A DNA stretch of 64,000 nt from Blastocatellia bacterium (GTDB taxonomy: Bacteria; Acidobacteriota; Blastocatellia; UBA7656): contig CAVXWP010000016.1 of the NCBI GenBank assembly GCA_963765495.1, forward strand, positions 64,001-128,000. The letters run 5' to 3'. The notes under the pieces were generated by a model. It worked only from the letters and a program-made list of their open reading frames with translations. It did not search any database and was not told the DNA's origin. Positions 61,179-64,000 of this stretch are shown here, in pieces; within the stretch, counting starts at the first letter, position 1; each line of letters starts with the position of its first letter. A program made the position numbers and the translations under genes.

Positions 61179-62132
61179 TCAGCCCTGCGGGTTATATTCC
61201 CAGTGCCAGGGTTCGTAGAAATAAGGCCGGAATCCAAAGCGAGCGGCATTCTTTACCAGCCAGCGATAGACCGGCGTTTGAACCTGAATCATTCGGTTGT
61301 CATCTTTGGTGCTTACGGGTTCGCCCCCGACATATATGTCAAGCGCGCGGCCCGTAAAATGCGGGCTGTTGACGGCCAGACCCGCGCGCCCGCTCGTGGG
61401 CGATTTCTTGCGAAGCTCGGCCTGATACTCGGGCGAACGATAGGCCGATATTATCTTGAGATACTTTTCGCCTTCGGCAAGATCGCCCGTTCCCGTCACT
61501 CGAAGCCCGAGCGATTTGTCGGATGCCGCTGCCGCTACCATGCGTTTGTACGCCATGTAGGTTTGGCGTTCTACCTTGCGAAGCTCCTCCGGGCGCGAGG
61601 CATCAAAACAATCTGAGATCGGGGCCGTGACAAGCTGGTCATCCGTGGGCAGCGTACGATTCTTTATCCGGCGCGATTGAAAATCCTTTATCATGCCAAA
61701 CCACGTGCCGTTATCCAGAATGCCGCTCGAAACGAGCCCGCTTCTCTTTTGCCATCGGGCGAGAGCTTCGGCAAAACTATTCTCCTCGGCCGTATCTTCG
61801 GCGTTGATCGTCGCCGAGATCAACGGCACATACAGTTCCCAGCCTAACTGCGATTTTCCGCCAAAGTCCCAGCGCATCTCCTTTCGAAGTCGGATATTTT
61901 CAAGCGCCGCCGAATTAAAAGCGGAGTTTGCCGAAACTTCGGGTTTAGAGCCTTCCGCGCGCGCGGGTCCGGCAGGCGAGGATAATCGGACCACGGATTT
62001 ATCTTGAACGGAAGAGGCCTTTACCGATTCGATCTTACCGGCTTGCCCGGCCTGAATCGCTTTGAGCCCGAACGCCATTAATACGGTTATAAATAAAACG
62101 ACTATTCCGATATTTGCCCTCTTGTTCGACAC
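61179..62132 (-). CDS. M15B/VanY-like D-Ala-D-Ala carboxypeptidase with peptidoglycan-binding-like segment
   Basis: SAYRS..YQ, SPHFTGRALD, EPWHW. Confidence 0.9.
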   Translation of the reverse strand: MSNKRANIGIVVLFITVLMAFGLKAIQAGQAGKIESVKASSVQDKSVVRLSSPAGPARAEGSKPEVSANSAFNSAALENIRLRKEMRWDFGGKSQLGWELYVPLISATINAEDTAEENSFAEALARWQKRSGLVSSGILDNGTWFGMIKDFQSRRIKNRTLPTDDQLVTAPISDCFDASRPEELRKVERQTYMAYKRMVAAAASDKSLGLRVTGTGDLAEGEKYLKIISAYRSPEYQAELRKKSPTSGRAGLAVNSPHFTGRALDIYVGGEPVSTKDDNRMIQVQTPVYRWLVKNAARFGFRPYFYEPWHWEYNPQG

Positions 62133-62443
62133 GTTTATTCTCCTATTTAATTTGAACTGAACAGCAGTAATTTTACTATATAACCGCCTTTTATCTCAAC
62201 AATTTGGCCCGCCCGCACCCGTATCACAATAAAAAGAAAACAATTGCGCCCTCAAGCTTTGGCCGATTGTCGGGCGAGTAAAAATGTCTCTGTAAAGAGA
62301 TCGAAAGCTTAACTTGTAGTGGCGAACCGCGTGCAGGCGATGGATAATATTACCCGAGTGTGCGAGGCGCGTTTTGTAAGATCGCGCCCGTCTGCGGTAT
62401 CTTTATGAGTTCGCGGGCAATCAATCAAATAATGAGGAAAGAT

Positions 62444-62890
62444 ATGAAAGAAATCGTTCGCTGTCTGATCATAATGTCATTCGCCGTTATCTTAGTAGCA
62501 ATGGCGGCCTGTTCGAAGCCGCCTGCCGAAGAGAACACAAACGTAAGCAATACCAATCAATCTACCGAAACGGGAAACAAACTGGCTCCCGGCACTATAC
62601 TGGCCGAAAGAGAGGAGCAAAAGGCAAAAAGGAACCCGAGCCAGCCCGGAAAAGGCACGATCAAAGTTGACTCGCAACCGGCGGGCGCTGCCGTTTTATT
62701 GATAGTGGATGAAGAAGGCGGAGCAGGCGACCCGCAGCCTCGCGGCGTGACTCCGACAGTCATCACAGACGTTGTGCCGGGCAAGTATGCCGTACATCTC
62801 GAGATGCCCGGATACAAGTTCTTTCAAAAAACCGTAGATGTGAAACCCGGTATAATTACCTCCGTCTATGGAAAGCTGAAGAAACAATGA
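62444..62890 (+). CDS. PEGA-domain lipoprotein
   Basis: Lipobox MAAC; VDSQPAGA, GVTP, PGKY..EMPGY. Confidence 0.85.
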   Translation: MKEIVRCLIIMSFAVILVAMAACSKPPAEENTNVSNTNQSTETGNKLAPGTILAEREEQKAKRNPSQPGKGTIKVDSQPAGAAVLLIVDEEGGAGDPQPRGVTPTVITDVVPGKYAVHLEMPGYKFFQKTVDVKPGIITSVYGKLKKQ

Positions 62891-62982
62891 CCCTCGATTT
62901 TGTGTATTTAGCTATTTCGTATATTTAGCCGGAAAGCATTTCATCTGACCGCACCGAGTATGGCCGAAAAGGAGTTTACAAA

Positions 62983-64000
62983 ATGAGCCGTATTAAATCT
63001 GTTATGGTTGCCGCCGCTGTGCTTTTGAGCCTCGCTACGCAAGCGAGTTCACAGGATAAACCTGACGCGTCCGAACTGCTCAAGCGGGTCAGTAAAACGT
63101 ATAAGAACCTCAAGAGCTATCACTTCGAACTGCTCTCCGTGACCGAGTCAACCATAACCGGCGAGCGGGTAAAGCAGACCTCGGAATCGGAGCAGCGAAT
63201 AGTATCGGCAGCCGCCCCTCACGACAGGTTAAGGATCGAGGTGAGCAACCCTTATCTCACGGTAACGGCGATCTCTGACGGCAAGATGGAGTGGATATAT
63301 TTACCCGGACTTAACCAGTACACGGTTGCGGCTACCGGAGAAAGCGATGTAGATGAAGGTGGATTAATCGCCTCGTTTACCTCTCAGGCGCTCAACCTGG
63401 TTTCCTCTTACGAGCATACATTTGAGCGATTGAAAGAGGCTGACATCAAACGTGAAGAGACAATCGAGGTCAACGGACAACAGATACCCTGTTATGTGGT
63501 CGAAGGCACATACAAAGACAAGTCCCCCTCGGTTGAGCCGCCAAGTGTGAGCTATTGGATAGACAAAACCAGAAACATCATTCTGCGCGAAATCGACGAG
63601 GTCAAGACCAAAACGCCTTACGGCAGCCTTATGCAGACAAAGACGACGACCAGGTTCACCGTGGCCAGCATAGATAAACCTGCGCCCGATGATCTGTTCG
63701 CCTTCTCTCCGCCTGCGAGCGCCGAAAAGGTCGCGGAGTTGAATCTGCCGGGAACAAATCGTCCGGCATCGAGAGCCTCTGAGATGGCTGGCAAACAGGC
63801 CGAAGATTTTACGCTTGAAGACCTCAAGGGTCAGCAAGTCAGCCTGAAGAGTTTGCGAGGCAAGGTGGTGTTGTTGAACTTCTGGGCAAGCTGGTGCGGC
63901 CCCTGCCGCGTTGAGATGCCCAACCTTGAAAAGCTACATCGCGAGTTCAAGGATAAAGACCTTGTTGTTTTAGGCATCAACACAGAAGAGGCTGAAAACG
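62983..64000 (+). CDS. Exported LolA-like/DUF2092-type domain fused to a TlpA/ResA thioredoxin domain (3' end runs off the window)
   Basis: Manual translation from ATG 62983 (RBS AAGGAG): signal peptide, ISDGKMEWIY, WIDK, then DFTLEDLKG..GKVVLLNFWASWCGPCRVEMP. Not in the ORF track. Confidence 0.85.
   Translation, partial: MSRIKSVMVAAAVLLSLATQASSQDKPDASELLKRVSKTYKNLKSYHFELLSVTESTITGERVKQTSESEQRIVSAAAPHDRLRIEVSNPYLTVTAISDGKMEWIYLPGLNQYTVAATGESDVDEGGLIASFTSQALNLVSSYEHTFERLKEADIKREETIEVNGQQIPCYVVEGTYKDKSPSVEPPSVSYWIDKTRNIILREIDEVKTKTPYGSLMQTKTTTRFTVASIDKPAPDDLFAFSPPASAEKVAELNLPGTNRPASRASEMAGKQAEDFTLEDLKGQQVSLKSLRGKVVLLNFWASWCGPCRVEMPNLEKLHREFKDKDLVVLGINTEEAEN

Overview
This is a 64 kb gene-dense bacterial chromosomal window. 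Gene content and style suggest Acidobacteriota/Blastocatellia, which is an inference. It holds yajQ, a BNR/VPS10 glycoside hydrolase, a TonB-dependent receptor with hmuTUV and an ECF/anti-sigma pair, an S9 peptidase, an acyl-CoA dehydrogenase/thiolase pair, and a partial complex I cluster (nuoC-D-H-I-J-K-L-M-N plus an AtpZ/I-like gene, with no nuoA/B/E/F/G). It also holds a GT9-PPK2-ATP-grasp-radical SAM-NfuA run, an ECF41 module, macro/Nudix/TrmL genes, OmpA, a P450 and several envelope genes. Highlights: (1) the B12/radical SAM gene ends in Cys-TGA-Ala-Glu-Pro with a SECIS-like hairpin, so it is a probable CUAEP-type selenoprotein that the ORF track truncates. (2) About 20 intergenic spacers carry inverted arrays of short tandem repeats, mostly 7-mers from at least six sequence families, usually abutting stop codons; nearly every nuo spacer has one, and two distant copies share a conserved ~70 bp core in opposite orientation, which points to a mobile repeat system. 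(3) Two 106-bp palindromic elements occur, one nested inside a 222-bp CAGGG-ended MITE with a perfect 9-bp target-site duplication. (4) Three genes carry in-frame perfect VNTRs. No rRNA, tRNA, CRISPR array or transposase was recognised. All calls are by eye, without database searches.
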